NCBI GenBank assembly: GCA_964016885.1
Contig: OZ024741.1
Coordinates: forward strand, 205,964,001 to 206,028,000
Reading direction: 5' to 3'
Length of the DNA stretch: 64,000 nucleotides
Source of the DNA: Eledone cirrhosa
Taxonomy: Eukaryota
Shown here piece after piece: positions 14,144-25,856 of this stretch. A model generated the notes under the pieces. The model was not told the DNA's origin. It searched no databases and was given only the letters and a program-made list of their open reading frames with translations. The translations under genes were made by a program, and so were the position numbers. The number at the start of each line of letters is the position of its first letter. The stretch's first letter is position 1.

Positions 14144-14489
14144 AAGAGGGACATCCCCCAACTATATAAACCTTAATCTAGTTAGAAAAATATAAAAACA
14201 ATCTCTTCTCAACATATATTAATAACCTTAAATTACCATACTAATAATGAAAAGATATGCTGATGAGAATAGGTACAAATATGCGATAATGAATGTGTCT
14301 AAAAACGTCCATAAGTATGTATATATATGTGAAAATGTATATAAATAAGTAAATATATATATATGTTTGATGTGTATAGTTAGATGTAAGTGTATTCATG
14401 TATTAAAGTGCTTATATATATATGTGTATGTATATATGTGTATATGTATGTGTATGTATGTATGTATGTATATATATATATATATATTA

Positions 14490-15096
14490 TGTCAGGTCAC
14501 CAGTTGGTGCTACTGGTAACATGTATCCCAGTACAACCTGTCCCATGGTCGGGTCGTTGGCGACTAAACTGGCAACCCCACCAAGGTTTCTTGGTGAGGA
14601 GGGTGACTTTGGACATCCTGCAGGACTAAAAACAAAACCTGTCAAAGGGCAAAGGAGCTCTTAAGAGTCAATGGCCATCCAAAATCACCGGGAGAGATGA
14701 CCCCTTAGCCTTTGTCAAGGCAGAATTCTAGGAGAAGGAAAACTCTGATATAACACCTGCAACCCTGATGGTATCCAATGATGTTGACTTGTTCTTCTTT
14801 TTGGTAAATATCATCTTGGTTAAGAGAGTGGGACTGGCTTTGTGCAGTGCCTTTGCTCACTATAAAAGCTTCACGGCACAGGCATTGCTTTATATCTGGA
14901 GATCTCTCTGCACTTGTCGTCACATGGTACCATGGGCCCAGCACTATGTGTCAGTAATTGTCACAAGTGTAGTGTTTGTACCAGAGTTTTCAAGTCGCTG
15001 GCTGGACTAAAAAGTCACACTCGTTCAGCGCATCGGTAGGGGTTCTCCTACATGGATATAAAGTAGTGGCCGTACTCGAAAACGAGTTGGCAGCCA

Positions 15097-15099
<3 letters not shown>
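14490..15099 (+). mobile_element. ~610-bp non-autonomous RTE-derived (bipartite) retroelement nested in PLE 3' region
   Basis: Near-identical copies at 18667-19081 and 19157-19768; 3' part encodes HKCSVCTRVFKSLAGLKSHTRSAHR* (RTE-type terminal C2H2); TA-rich tail. Confidence 0.7.
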
Positions 15100-15134
<35 letters not shown>

Positions 15135-15716
15135 GTATATGTATATATATATGTATGTATATATGTGTATATGGATGTGTAAGTATGTGTATGTGTGTAC
15201 ACATGGACTAGAGTATGTATGTATATATGTGTGTGTCTATACGTGTGTATATAAAGATAAGTTGAGTATGAAAATGTATACACATGAGCGCGTATGTATG
15301 TACATGAATACATGTGTGTATATATATGTGTATGCATGTGTATATATATGTAAGTATGAATATGTGAATTGTGAGTATATGTATTTTGTAGAGGTGTGCA
15401 AATATATTTGTGTGTGAATGCGTGGGTGAAAGGATACGTACACTTGAAAGAAAAATTTAAGTCTGAATGTTAATTAAGTGCAAACACAAAACCAACCACG
15501 CATATCTTTACTATCTCTAATCCTTCTATAGATTTAGAAAAATAACCAATAATATATTCTATAAAAAATGTCAAAACAACAGATGGGAATCTAATTACTC
15601 ACTGCCACCAAGAATTCTTACTGCTATCGAAAAACCACTCCTTCAACTATTCTTCTAACAACTTCACCCCTCCCTCCTAATATTCTCTATAAAAACTAAA
15701 TAGGTCCTCAGTAATA

Positions 15717-15833
15717 TTATTCTGATGAAATGACAGTAAATAATAACATTGAAATATTGAATGTCTGCATAACTAAAAGTTTGTAGATAGCTGTTTTAGG
15801 TTATGTAACTGTTATAGAAACACGTGTCAATAA
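15717..15833 (+). ncRNA. PLE pLTR type I hammerhead ribozyme with 70-nt loop II insertion
   Basis: ttatt-CTGATGA-a-atgacagt...actgttat-a-GAAA-cacgtg-TC-aataa. Confidence 0.72.
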
Positions 15834-15867
15834 ATTCCTTTCAACTAAACTGTATCCATTCAAATCT

Positions 15868-15899
<32 letters not shown>

Positions 15900-15901
<2 letters not shown>

Positions 15902-16385
15902 ATGATATTAAATAAATGGAAACTATATTTATAAAACCATGGTACTTTGGTACGCTTTCATCAGATAAAATACAAAGTTTGTTAATAATAAATATAATAA
16001 AAACATATATAATAAAGAGAGACAAACACAGATATATACACATATGTATTCAAATCACAAGAGACGCAAACCGCGAGGGTGAAGAAAATACTAACTAAGG
16101 ATAATACGGTTTGCTAGACTCAATTATGATAGTTATCATAATTCGGTTTGTAATTATTAATTTATCCTTTTAATAGAGTCTTGCAAACTGTATTATCCTT
16201 AGTTAGTATTTTCTTCACCCTGGCGGTTTGCGTCCCTTGTGATTTGAACGCATATGTGTATATATCTGTGTTTGTCTCTCTTTATTATATGATATTGTAT
16301 TTATTATATTCTATTTTATTATATTATAAGGCTATTTTTATTATAAGGGTCTCTTGTGGGTTTTTAACTCAATATATACTTTTGA
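15900..16385. mobile_element. Fold-back insert of the 6340-6880 family in (TA)n
   Basis: ~16005-16121 is the reverse complement of ~16176-16290. Confidence 0.65.
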
Positions 16386-16396
16386 TATATATATAT

Positions 16397-17590
16397 AAGG
16401 AAAAAAGATGAAATCGAAAATGCAACTGGAGTCTTTTAAAGAATATTTATTTGGTTCCTTTACCTGTTTCGGAGTTCTTATGCGTTTCAAAAGTAGAATT
16501 GAGATGGAGGGTTTGTGGTTTTTCTCACATCTGGTTGGTGTTCGAATGTTACTTCTGTTTTATGTGGAAAAAAGTGGCTCGAAATGCTAGGTTTTTTTTA
16601 GAAAAGTAATTTGGTTGGTTGATGACTGTCACGCGAATAAGTATAATAAATTTCGCGCCAGTTCGCGTTGCAAAGTTCTTATTATATTCGTCTTAAAAAA
16701 AAAGAAGGGGGGGGGGGGGGGGGCTCAGATTGTTTTTCCATATATGAGTGAAATTTTGTTGGCTGATGCAGTCACGTAAATAAGCACATCAATTTTCGCG
16801 CCAGTTCATGTTTGAGGGTTCTTTTCACTTAAAAAAGTGGCTCAAAAATTTTTTTTTATAAATGTAATTTGATTGGTTATGACTGTCACGTGAATAAGTA
16901 CATTAAATTTCGTGCCCGTATTTGGGAATTCTTTGTAGCCATTTAGAGAATTTTGTGCCAAACAAAAGATAATGGTCAAGAAAAAAGGGATGGGGAGAAT
17001 TGTTCTGGTTCAGTGAGTATGGCTGTTGTGCTGGGGTGTCAACATTCAGACTTTCTATTGAAATAAAGAAAGTAGAGATATGTATTTTTATTTGTGTGCT
17101 GATATGTGTGTGTGTAGGAAAATGATTCTATTAGTAGAAATGGGGGAGGGAGTTATGTGTGTGTGTGTATGGGTGTTAAATGTGTGTGTGTATGTGTGTG
17201 TGATGGTGTGTGTGGGAGTATGGTTAGCATGTTAAGATGGAGAGAATATATAGTTGTGTGTGTGTGTCTAGGAAAATGATTCCGTTAGTAGAAATGGGGG
17301 AGCGAGTTATGTGTGTGTGTGTGTGTGTGTGGGAGGAGAGGGTATGGTTAGCATGTTAAGGTGTTAGAGTATTAACGTATGTTAAGGTTTATTTAGCTCT
17401 GGTTTTTATTTTCGAATAAAGGTGTTATGTGTGTGTATGTATGTGTCTGTTTGGATGGTTAGCATGTTATGGTGTTAACATAATGTATATTAAACTATAT
17501 TTAATGCTGCTCTATATTTTTTAATAAACATTTTCCTTATATATATATTCTCATTTTAGTAGGTTTTTAGGTTTTTGGTGTTTCATTTCA
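16397..17590 (-). mobile_element. Non-coding repeat family with E2F/E-box/CCAAT-like subrepeats
   Basis: Terminus shared with 8458-8577 and 47983-48236; related to 17621-18650; inner boundary approximate. Confidence 0.5.
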
Positions 17591-17620
17591 TACTAATTAT
17601 ATATATATATATATATATAT

Positions 17621-17726
17621 AATGTTATTGATGTTCTTTGGAGTGAATCGTTTTTGCAAATGACTGAAAATATCGAATAATGTACACCATTTTTACCAGT
17701 ACCACAAAAATACTGGTCCACGCACA

Positions 17727-17766
<40 letters not shown>

Positions 17767-18091
17767 TGCACACGCGAAGACTGACATACAGACAGACATA
17801 CACACACACACACGCATGCACACGCGAACACTGACATACAGACAGACATACACACACACACACGCATGCACACGCGAACATTAACATACAGACAGACACA
17901 CACACACACACACATGCACACGCGAACACTAACATACAGACAGACACACACACACACACTTCTCCGTATAAGATAAGCTGAAAAATGTTTCAACATATTA
18001 AAATAACCCCCCCCCCCACACACACACACGTACACACATTCCTACTGACCGATTCATTTCCATTATCACAACAATGAACCACTTTGCTACA

Positions 18092-18174
<83 letters not shown>

Positions 18175-18650
18175 TTGTCTTAATAGACACCTGAACTGTT
18201 GACCTCTCAACATGACTGCAACTCAATCAAAGGGAAAAGGACATTTGGCGCGAAACCAGCTCGTGCTAAAATCAATGTAAACCTTCACGTGACTTCTACC
18301 AACCAATCAAAATTGTTTTGACTGCAAGAATTTTTGCAACACGTATTGGCGCGAAATTTATAGTGCTTATTCACGTGACATTGAACAACCAACCAAATCT
18401 TAATGCCCCCCAAGACACTTTTTTCACATAAAACAGGAAGAATTTCCAAAACTGATCAGATTAGAACAAAAATCACGATCGCTCTATCTCAAAATTACTT
18501 TTGAAAAAAGCATAAGAAATGCGCAACCGGTAAAAACTTAAAACTAAAACTGAATACTAACTAATACTTATTACTAATTTATACTTATTCCTAATTAAAC
18601 TATTTTTCACTGGGAAAAATTTGTCAGCATTTTCTTTTCCTTTTTACTTA
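17621..18650 (+). mobile_element. ~1-kb non-coding repeat; diverged inverted copy at 24605-25410
   Basis: Both ends and the middle match 24605-25410 in reverse complement; (TA)n flanks. Confidence 0.65.
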
Positions 18651-18666
18651 TATATATATATATATA

Positions 18667-19081
18667 TGGTGGCTGCCAACTCGTTTTCGAGTACGGCCAC
18701 TACTTTATATCCATGTAGGAGAACCCCTACCGATGCGCTGAACGAGTGTGACTTTTTAGTCCAGCCAGCGACTTGAAAACTCTAGTACAAACACTACACC
18801 TGTGACAATGATTGACACACAGTGCTGGGCCCATGGTACCATGTGATGGCAAGTGCAGAGAGATCTCCAGATATAAAGCAATGCCTGTGCCGTGAAGCTT
18901 TTATAGTGAGCAAAGGCACTGCACAAAGACAGTCCCACTCTCTTAACCAAGATGATATTTACCAAAAAGAAGAACAAGTCAACATCATTGGATACCATCA
19001 GGGTTGCAGGTGTTATATCAGAGTTTTCCTTCTCCTAGAATTCTGCCTTGACAAAGGCTAAGGGGTCATCTCTCCCGGTGA
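18667..19081 (-). mobile_element. RTE-derived non-autonomous element, 5'-truncated copy
   Basis: Reverse complement of ~14685-15099. Confidence 0.75.
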
Positions 19082-19156
19082 TACATATACATACATATAC
19101 ATACATACATACATATATACATACATACATACACATATACATACATATATATATAC

Positions 19157-19768
19157 ATGGTGGCTGCCAACTCGTCTTCGAGTACGGCCACTACTTTATA
19201 TCCATGTAGGAGAACCCCTACCGATGCGCTGAACGAGTGTGACTTTTTAGTCCAGCCAGCGACTTGAAAACTCTGGTGCAAACACTACACTTGTGACAAT
19301 CATTGACACATAGTGCTGGGCCCATGGTACCATGTGACGACAAGTGCAGAGAGATCTCCAGATATAAAGCAATGCCTGTGCCGTGAAGCTTTTATAGTGA
19401 GCAAAGGCACTGCACAAAGCCAGTCCCACTCTCTTAACCAAGATGATATTTACCAAAAAGAAGAACAAGTCAACATCATTGGATACCATCAGGGTTGCAG
19501 GTGTTATATCAGAGTTTTCCTTCTCCTAGAATTCTGCCTTGACAAAGGCTAAGGGGTCATCTCTCCCAGTGATTTTGGATGGCCATTGACTCTTAAGAGC
19601 TCCTTTGCCCTTTGACAGGTTTTGTTTTTAGTCCTGCAGGATGTCCAAAGTCACCCTCCTCACTAAGAAACCTTGTTGGGGTTGCCAGTTTAGTCGCCAA
19701 CGACCCGACCATGTGACAGGTTGTACTGGGATACATGTTACCAGTAGCACCAAGTGGTGACCTGACAT
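19157..19768 (-). mobile_element. RTE-derived non-autonomous element, full copy
   Basis: Reverse complement of 14490-15099. Confidence 0.75.
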
Positions 19769-20439
19769 AATATATATATATATACATATATATAGTTATC
19801 GAGACTATAGGAAAAAAACGAAAAATAATAATAATGGTTTCTGATTTAAGCACAAGTCCAACAATTCTAGGGAAAAGGAAAAGTCGATTATATTGACCCA
19901 AGTATTTTACTGCAACTACATGTTATCGATCCCGGGCTTTGAACTCAGAATGTAAAGAGCCAGAACAAATAGTGCAAGTCATTTTGACTGAGGCTCTATC
20001 GATTCCGCTAATTCAATAATTGATGAGTTAGCCTGTATCTCCTTCCAATCATTGACACATATGGACTGAAAAAAACTTCTCAAAACAATGTGTCATGTGT
20101 AAACCAGACACGTCTTTCAACATAACTGGTATTATGTCATATAACGTGTCCCATGACACGAACTGAAAGTGAGAAACCCATTTTTACGTGTAACATTGGC
20201 AATATACAAATGACTACAGTATTTGTTTACTTTACCAAATGTAAGCTTACTTATGTACAGATGTATGCATTCATTGATCGTTGATGTAATTGTTTAGCCT
20301 CGTTTCAGACCTGATTCAACAGAGCTCTTATCAATTTCTGTTTCATTGGTTAAGTTAGTGCTATTTACATTACATCTGAATAAAAGGTTGGATGTCACAT
20401 CTGGAACAGGCCTGTTCATTACAGCTGATATTAGAATGA

Positions 20440-21050
20440 ACACAACAACAAGCTGGGATACGTTTGATATTGTACTCCAAGATACATATGTCTGAAATAC
20501 ACATGGCTGGAACATCTTTGATCACAGACCTGGTCGATAGATCGTATAATGATTATAAACAGGTAAGACATCAACAAGAAAGGACATATAGGATAATGAA
20601 TTCCTAACTAGACACTGTATAAATAAGATATGGGGATGGTGGACCCGGCTGGGACATCTTTGATCAGGGATATGCTTGGTCAGGGATGATTTGGGGGCTA
20701 AAGAACAACATCAATAGCTAATACATTGCTAGATACACAAAGTATGAAGAAAAAATTGAATGGCCTCGACTAGAACATCATTTATCATAGGTTTGGTGGA
20801 CAAGGGCTGATATGGAACTAAACAAAAATAGCAATAAAGGGCATATAGGATAGTGTAGGCCTAGAAACACTTTGTATGAATAAAATATACAATGGATGGT
20901 CAAAGCTGCAACATCTTTAATTATAGGTAGGTTCTACCAGGAAGGAACTCTGGCTAAACAACAATAACAAAAATATCAATGGATAATGTTGTCCTAGTTA
21001 TAGAAAATCTGAATAAAAGGTGGGAAAGTACCGCTGGAACAATAACATCA
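20440..21050 (+). repeat. Degenerate ~130-bp tandem repeat
   Basis: Recurring ggctggaacatctttgatca...ggggctaaacaacaa...ggataatg...cctag motif, 4-5 copies. Confidence 0.6.
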
Positions 21051-21601
21051 ATATTGTTGTGTGATACTTTCATCTGTGGAATTAAAAGATGATTGCTAAT
21101 TTTTGTTACGGCTGGCAACTGCACAGGCTTTGATGATTTATAGGTATTTTTGGTATTTTATTGCAAAAATCCTCATCGTCCCATGTCAATAATTTATCGG
21201 TAAAATGAAGGCCGGTTCTTGAACTCAGAACGAGCATAGCCGAAATAGATATCGTACGACAGACATTTAATCTGATATCCTTAATTATTCTATCAACTCG
21301 CCGCCTTGTTTGTCATGTTTTCTAAAATGTCCTGTAGTGATTTAAAAAAAAAAAGCAGTCTTCAAATTTGCAGTATAATCAAAATATGGTGTTTAGTAAT
21401 TACATGATATGCTGTGTGGATCAACATTGTTTCTAATGTTGTTTGCTAATAAGTAAATATTTAGTCAGTAGTCTTTGAAATATCAGATTATCGAAAACAT
21501 ATATTACTCTCTCGATATGACTTCTTCTCTACGCGGTTGCTCTTTAATTGATTTTCTGCTCCACTTTCTCTTTCTATAATACACACACAGACACACAGAT
21601 A

Positions 21602-21690
<89 letters not shown>

Positions 21691-21696
<6 letters not shown>

Positions 21697-21771
21697 ATAC
21701 TTTGGGAGGGTCATGTTGCCAATAAGAAACATACGCACCAGAAGTTCGTGCTAAACAAATTCAGAAACCAG

Positions 21772-21803
<32 letters not shown>

Positions 21804-21969
21804 TACATATGAGAAATCTAAAAACTCTGATCAACCCATACAAAGAAGGACTCACTAACAAGGAATTCAGCTTCATCACAGACTTCACAAGTAAATCCAG
21901 CCTTTTCTACGGTATCCCTAAAGTACACAAAAGCAAATTAATAAGTAAGGCATGCAAGGAAGTCACAGA

Positions 21970-21972
<3 letters not shown>
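21691..21972 (+). mobile_element. PLE (Poseidon-type) RT fragment with inverted 3' terminus
   Basis: FYGIPKVHK motif; inverted attggcaacatgaccctcccaaagtataacaata terminus shared with 47.5-47.9 kb and 56.4 kb. Confidence 0.65.
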
Positions 21973-22009
<37 letters not shown>

Positions 22010-22010
<1 letters not shown>

Positions 22011-22636
22011 TATCGCTTTTCCTGTCCGCCGAAATGCGATTCTCGCTGAATTTGCATTAATCTCCCGTGTCTTACAATTAAGTTGTTAATAATTTCTATT
22101 GACAGGTTAATTGTATAAGTTTATTTTAAAACCCGGTTGAGAACTTATTCGATTTGTGCTATTTATGCTATTTTTCGCATGATTTACACTTACTGAATTA
22201 CTTTGCCAAAATCTGGGGTTATTCCCCTTGTGATTTCCACACGTGTCATTCACTTATTTGGTACAGAGCGAAATACCTCTTGATAACGTGATATTCCTTG
22301 TTCGATCATTATACCCAAAGCTTATATTTTTAAACAGACTATATTTTGATTTAGGTGTCACAGAAACTCTACATCGTATTTTAACAGCAATTCCGGGAGT
22401 CCAGGTCTGGTTATTATTTATCTTTTATCATTTATTTTGTTTTGACCTGTTTAGCTTGATTTGGTTTTTGGCTTGGGTGGTTAATACCTTCTTGACCACC
22501 TTTTCAGTTTTGTATGGCTCCTTAACACATTGTTTAGCTCTGGTTTTTAACTATTGAGCACTTTGCCAGTATCATTTCTGATTTTTGCGTTTCGCTTCGC
22601 TTTTCCTGCCCGCCGAAATGCGATTCTCGCTGAATC
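22010..22636. mobile_element. Partial-tandem (~585-bp period) repeat; further copy at 24252-24470
   Basis: cgcttttcctg..cgccgaaatgcgattctcgctgaa at ~22014, ~22598 and ~24437. Confidence 0.6.
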
Positions 22637-22646
22637 TTTATTTGTA

Positions 22647-22681
<35 letters not shown>

Positions 22682-22971
22682 CAAAACAAATAACGAAACG
22701 AAATTAAATTTCGTTTCGCTTCTAACTCACTTTTGTATGACTGACGCTTAAACAATTAAGTTAAAGTGTACATCTACATATGTATACGGAAGTATTAGTA
22801 TGCATATAAATACACACATGTATACATATGTACATGTACTCAGTTTTTCACTAGACACTTTACAGTGAGTGTCAGCTAGTCTGTATGTAACCACACAGAC
22901 GGACCGGGTTTTAGAGTCATACGAGGTTTCAAGGAAACACATTTCCTCTATTCTCCAGAGGGCCAGACAGG

Positions 22972-23016
22972 AATATTGGACTAGTTTCGATGTTATTACA
23001 TCTCATCAGCAATATT
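22972..23016 (-). ncRNA. Minimal type I hammerhead, array 1 unit 1 (also 23441-23485)
   Basis: Reverse complement of aatattg-CTGATGA-gatgt(aata)acatc-GAAA-ctag-TC-caatatt. Confidence 0.9.
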
Positions 23017-23979
23017 TACCCATCTTCCGGCTTCTCTGGAGAATTGTAAAAGCACATATCGTTATATGCTTTTTCTATGAAAATTAGTAGTGGGTAGACC
23101 AATTTGCATAGAACGTGAGTCATTGTACGCACCGGTTCAGCGGAAACGATAAAAACAAATAACGAAACGAAATTAAATTTCGTTTCGCTTCTAACTCACT
23201 TTTGTATGACTGACGCTTAAACAATTAAGTTAAAGTGTACATCTACATATGTATACGGAAGTATTAGTATGCATATAAATACACACATGTATACATATGT
23301 ACATGTACTCAGTTTTTCACTAGACACTTTACAGTGAGTGTCAGCTAGTCTGTATGTAACCACACAGACGGACCGGGTTTTAGAGTCATACGAGGTTTCA
23401 AGGAAACACATTTCCTCTATTCTCCAGAGGGCCAGACAGGAATATTGGACTAGTTTCGATGTTATTACATCTCATCAGCAATATTTACCCATCTTCCGGC
23501 TTCTCTGGAGAATTGTAAAAGCACATATCGTTATATGCTTTTTCTATGAAAATTAGTAGTGGGTAGACCAATTTGCATAGAACGTGAGTCATTGTACGCA
23601 CCGGTTCAGCGGAAACGATAAAAACAAATAACGAAACGAAATTAAATTTCGTTTCGCTTCTAACTCACTTTTGTATGACTGACGCTTAAACAATTAAGTT
23701 AAAGTGTACATCTACATATGTATACGGAAGTATTAGTATGCATATAAATACACACATGTATACATATGTACATGTACTCAGTTTTTCACTACAAAAGTGA
23801 GTTAGAAGCGAAACGAAATTTAATTTCGTTTCGTTATTTGTTTTTATCGTTTCCGCTGAACCGGTGCGTACAATGACTCACGTTCTATGCAAATTGGTCT
23901 ACCCACTACTAATTTTCATAGAAAAAGCATATAACGATATGTGCTTTTACAATTCTCCAGAGAAGCCGGAAGATGGGTA

Positions 23980-24024
23980 AATATTGCTGATGAGATGTAA
24001 TAACATCGAAACTAGTCCAATATT
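23980..24024 (+). ncRNA. Minimal type I hammerhead, array 1 inverted arm; predicted cleavage after 24017
   Basis: aatattg-CTGATGA-gatgt(aata)acatc-GAAA-ctag-TC-caatatt. Confidence 0.9.
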
Positions 24025-24469
24025 CCTGTCTGGCCCTCTGGAGAATAGAGGAAATGTGTTTCCTTGAAACCTCGTATGACTCTAAAACCCGGTCCGTCTG
24101 TGTGGTTACATACAGACTAGCTGACACTCACTGTAAAGTGTCTAGTGAAAAACTGAGTACATGTACATATGTATACATGTGTGTATTTATATGCATACTA
24201 ATACTTCCGTATACATATGTAGATGTACACTTTAACTTAATTATATATATATCATTTATTTTTTATCATTTATTTTGTTTTGACCTGTTTAGCTTGATCT
24301 GGTTTTTTGGCTTGGGTGGTTAATGCCTTCTTGGCCACCTTTTTAGTTTTGTATGGCTTCTTAACACATTGTTTAGCTCTGGTTTTTAACTATTGACCAC
24401 TTTGCCAGTGTCATTTCTGATTTTTGCGTTTCGTTTCGCCTTTCCTGCCCACCGAAATGCGATTCTCGC

Positions 24470-24601
<132 letters not shown>

Positions 24602-24604
24602 TTG

Positions 24605-25178
24605 GTAAACGGAATAGAAAATGTTGACAAATTGTCCACAGTGAAAAATAGTTTAATTAGGAATAAGTGATAATTGGTAATAGTATTGGTTAGTATTAAG
24701 TTTGGGTTTTAAGTTTTACCGGTTGCGCATTTCTAATGCTTTTCAAAAATAATTTTGAGATAGAGCGTCCGTGATGTTTGCTCTGATCTGATTAGTTTTG
24801 GGAATTCTACCTGTTTTTATGTTAAAAAAGTGGCTCCAGCGGTATTAAAATAAGTTTTGCGCCAATTTGTGTTGCAAAAATTCTTGTGGTCAAAACAATT
24901 TTGATTGGTCGGTAGAGGTCATGTGAATGTAAAAAATTGATTTTGCGCCAAATGTAGGTTTGTGTCGGCTGACTGAGAAATAAGTATTTCACAACAAATA
25001 TGTGTGTGTGTGTGTAGTAGTAGTAGTAAAGAGATTCGTTGTTGTGATAATGGTCAGCAGGGATGTGTGTGCGGCCCGCAGCCTGTTGACAGTTCAAATG
25101 CCTATTAAGACAAGTGTGTGTGTGTGTGTGTGTAGCACATGTTAAAAGATATTTTTTCAGCTCTTGTCTTATACGGAG

Positions 25179-25230
<52 letters not shown>

Positions 25231-25410
25231 CTCTTTGTATGTTAATGTACGCGTGTGTATGTGTGTGTGTATATATATATGTGTGTGTGTGTGTGTGAGA
25301 GAATGTGTGTGTGTGTGTGGGTGGATTAGTATTTATTTCTGTTAAAATGGTGTACATTATTCGATATTTTCAGTAAAATCGATTCTCTCAATAGAACATC
25401 AAAAACCTTA
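24605..25410 (-). mobile_element. Diverged copy of the 17621-18650 repeat
   Basis: Reverse-complement similarity along its length. Confidence 0.6.
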
Positions 25411-25520
25411 ATAATAAAAGGTGTGAAATGATATATAGTATTGGCATAATACCAAGGTGTGTGTGAGTGTCTCCAGATTGTACGTACTGCAAGGGGGATC
25501 CATTAGTCCTTGCCGTATTG

Positions 25521-25650
25521 GAATACCTGTGCACAAATAAGTATCTGGAGTGTGTCCAGAAATTGTATACCTGTGCACAAACTGTACACATGTATCTGGA
25601 GTGTGACCAGAAATTGTATACCTGTGCACAAATATCTATCTGGTGTGTGT

Positions 25651-25652
<2 letters not shown>
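25521..25652 (+). repeat. Minisatellite (atacctgtgcacaaa...tatctggagtgtgtccagaaattgt), ~3 copies
   Basis: Direct tandem repeats. Confidence 0.75.
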
Positions 25653-25702
<50 letters not shown>

Positions 25703-25775
25703 GTCACGATTCTTAGCCATTTTGAATTCGTGTTTGGCGGGGACCACTTCGGAAAATAATCTGTCCTAACGAGTT

Positions 25776-25856
25776 TGTCTCCTGACGAGTTCGAAGCTCG
25801 AGATTTATCCTTAATAGGATATATCAAAATGCGAACGACACCCAAGGGTAGGGACA
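25776..25856 (+). ncRNA. Type I hammerhead with GAAA->GACA core change (probably impaired)
   Basis: tgtctc-CTGACGA-gttcg...cgaac-GACA-ccc(aa)ggg-TA-gggaca. Confidence 0.6.

Larger units (their letters stand above)
11698..15872 (+). mobile_element. Penelope-like element (PLE), 5'-truncated, with inverted terminal (pLTR) copy
   Basis: RT+GIY-YIG ORF; ~11808-12266 is the reverse complement of 15414-15872; (TA)n on both sides. Confidence 0.9.
22683..24242. repeat. Retrozyme-like array 1: 469-bp HHR units, ~2.4 direct (sense -) + ~1 inverted (sense +)
   Basis: Units start 22683, 23152, 23621; inversion junction 23790-23791; (TA)n flanks. Confidence 0.92.

Noticed and set aside
14254-14300. Hammerhead right after the PLE stop (CTGATGA at ~14260)
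   Set aside because: No GAAA or convincing stems I/III; at most a decayed remnant
24078-24095. Telomerase-RNA template-like ctaaaaccc in array 1
   Set aside because: Not CTAACCCTAA and not conserved in array 2
22748-24323. Repeated 64-89 aa ORFs in array 1 (and 95-141 aa ORFs in array 2)
   Set aside because: No protein similarity between the two homologous families; frames shift with TA-repeat length; conservation is in RNA pairing
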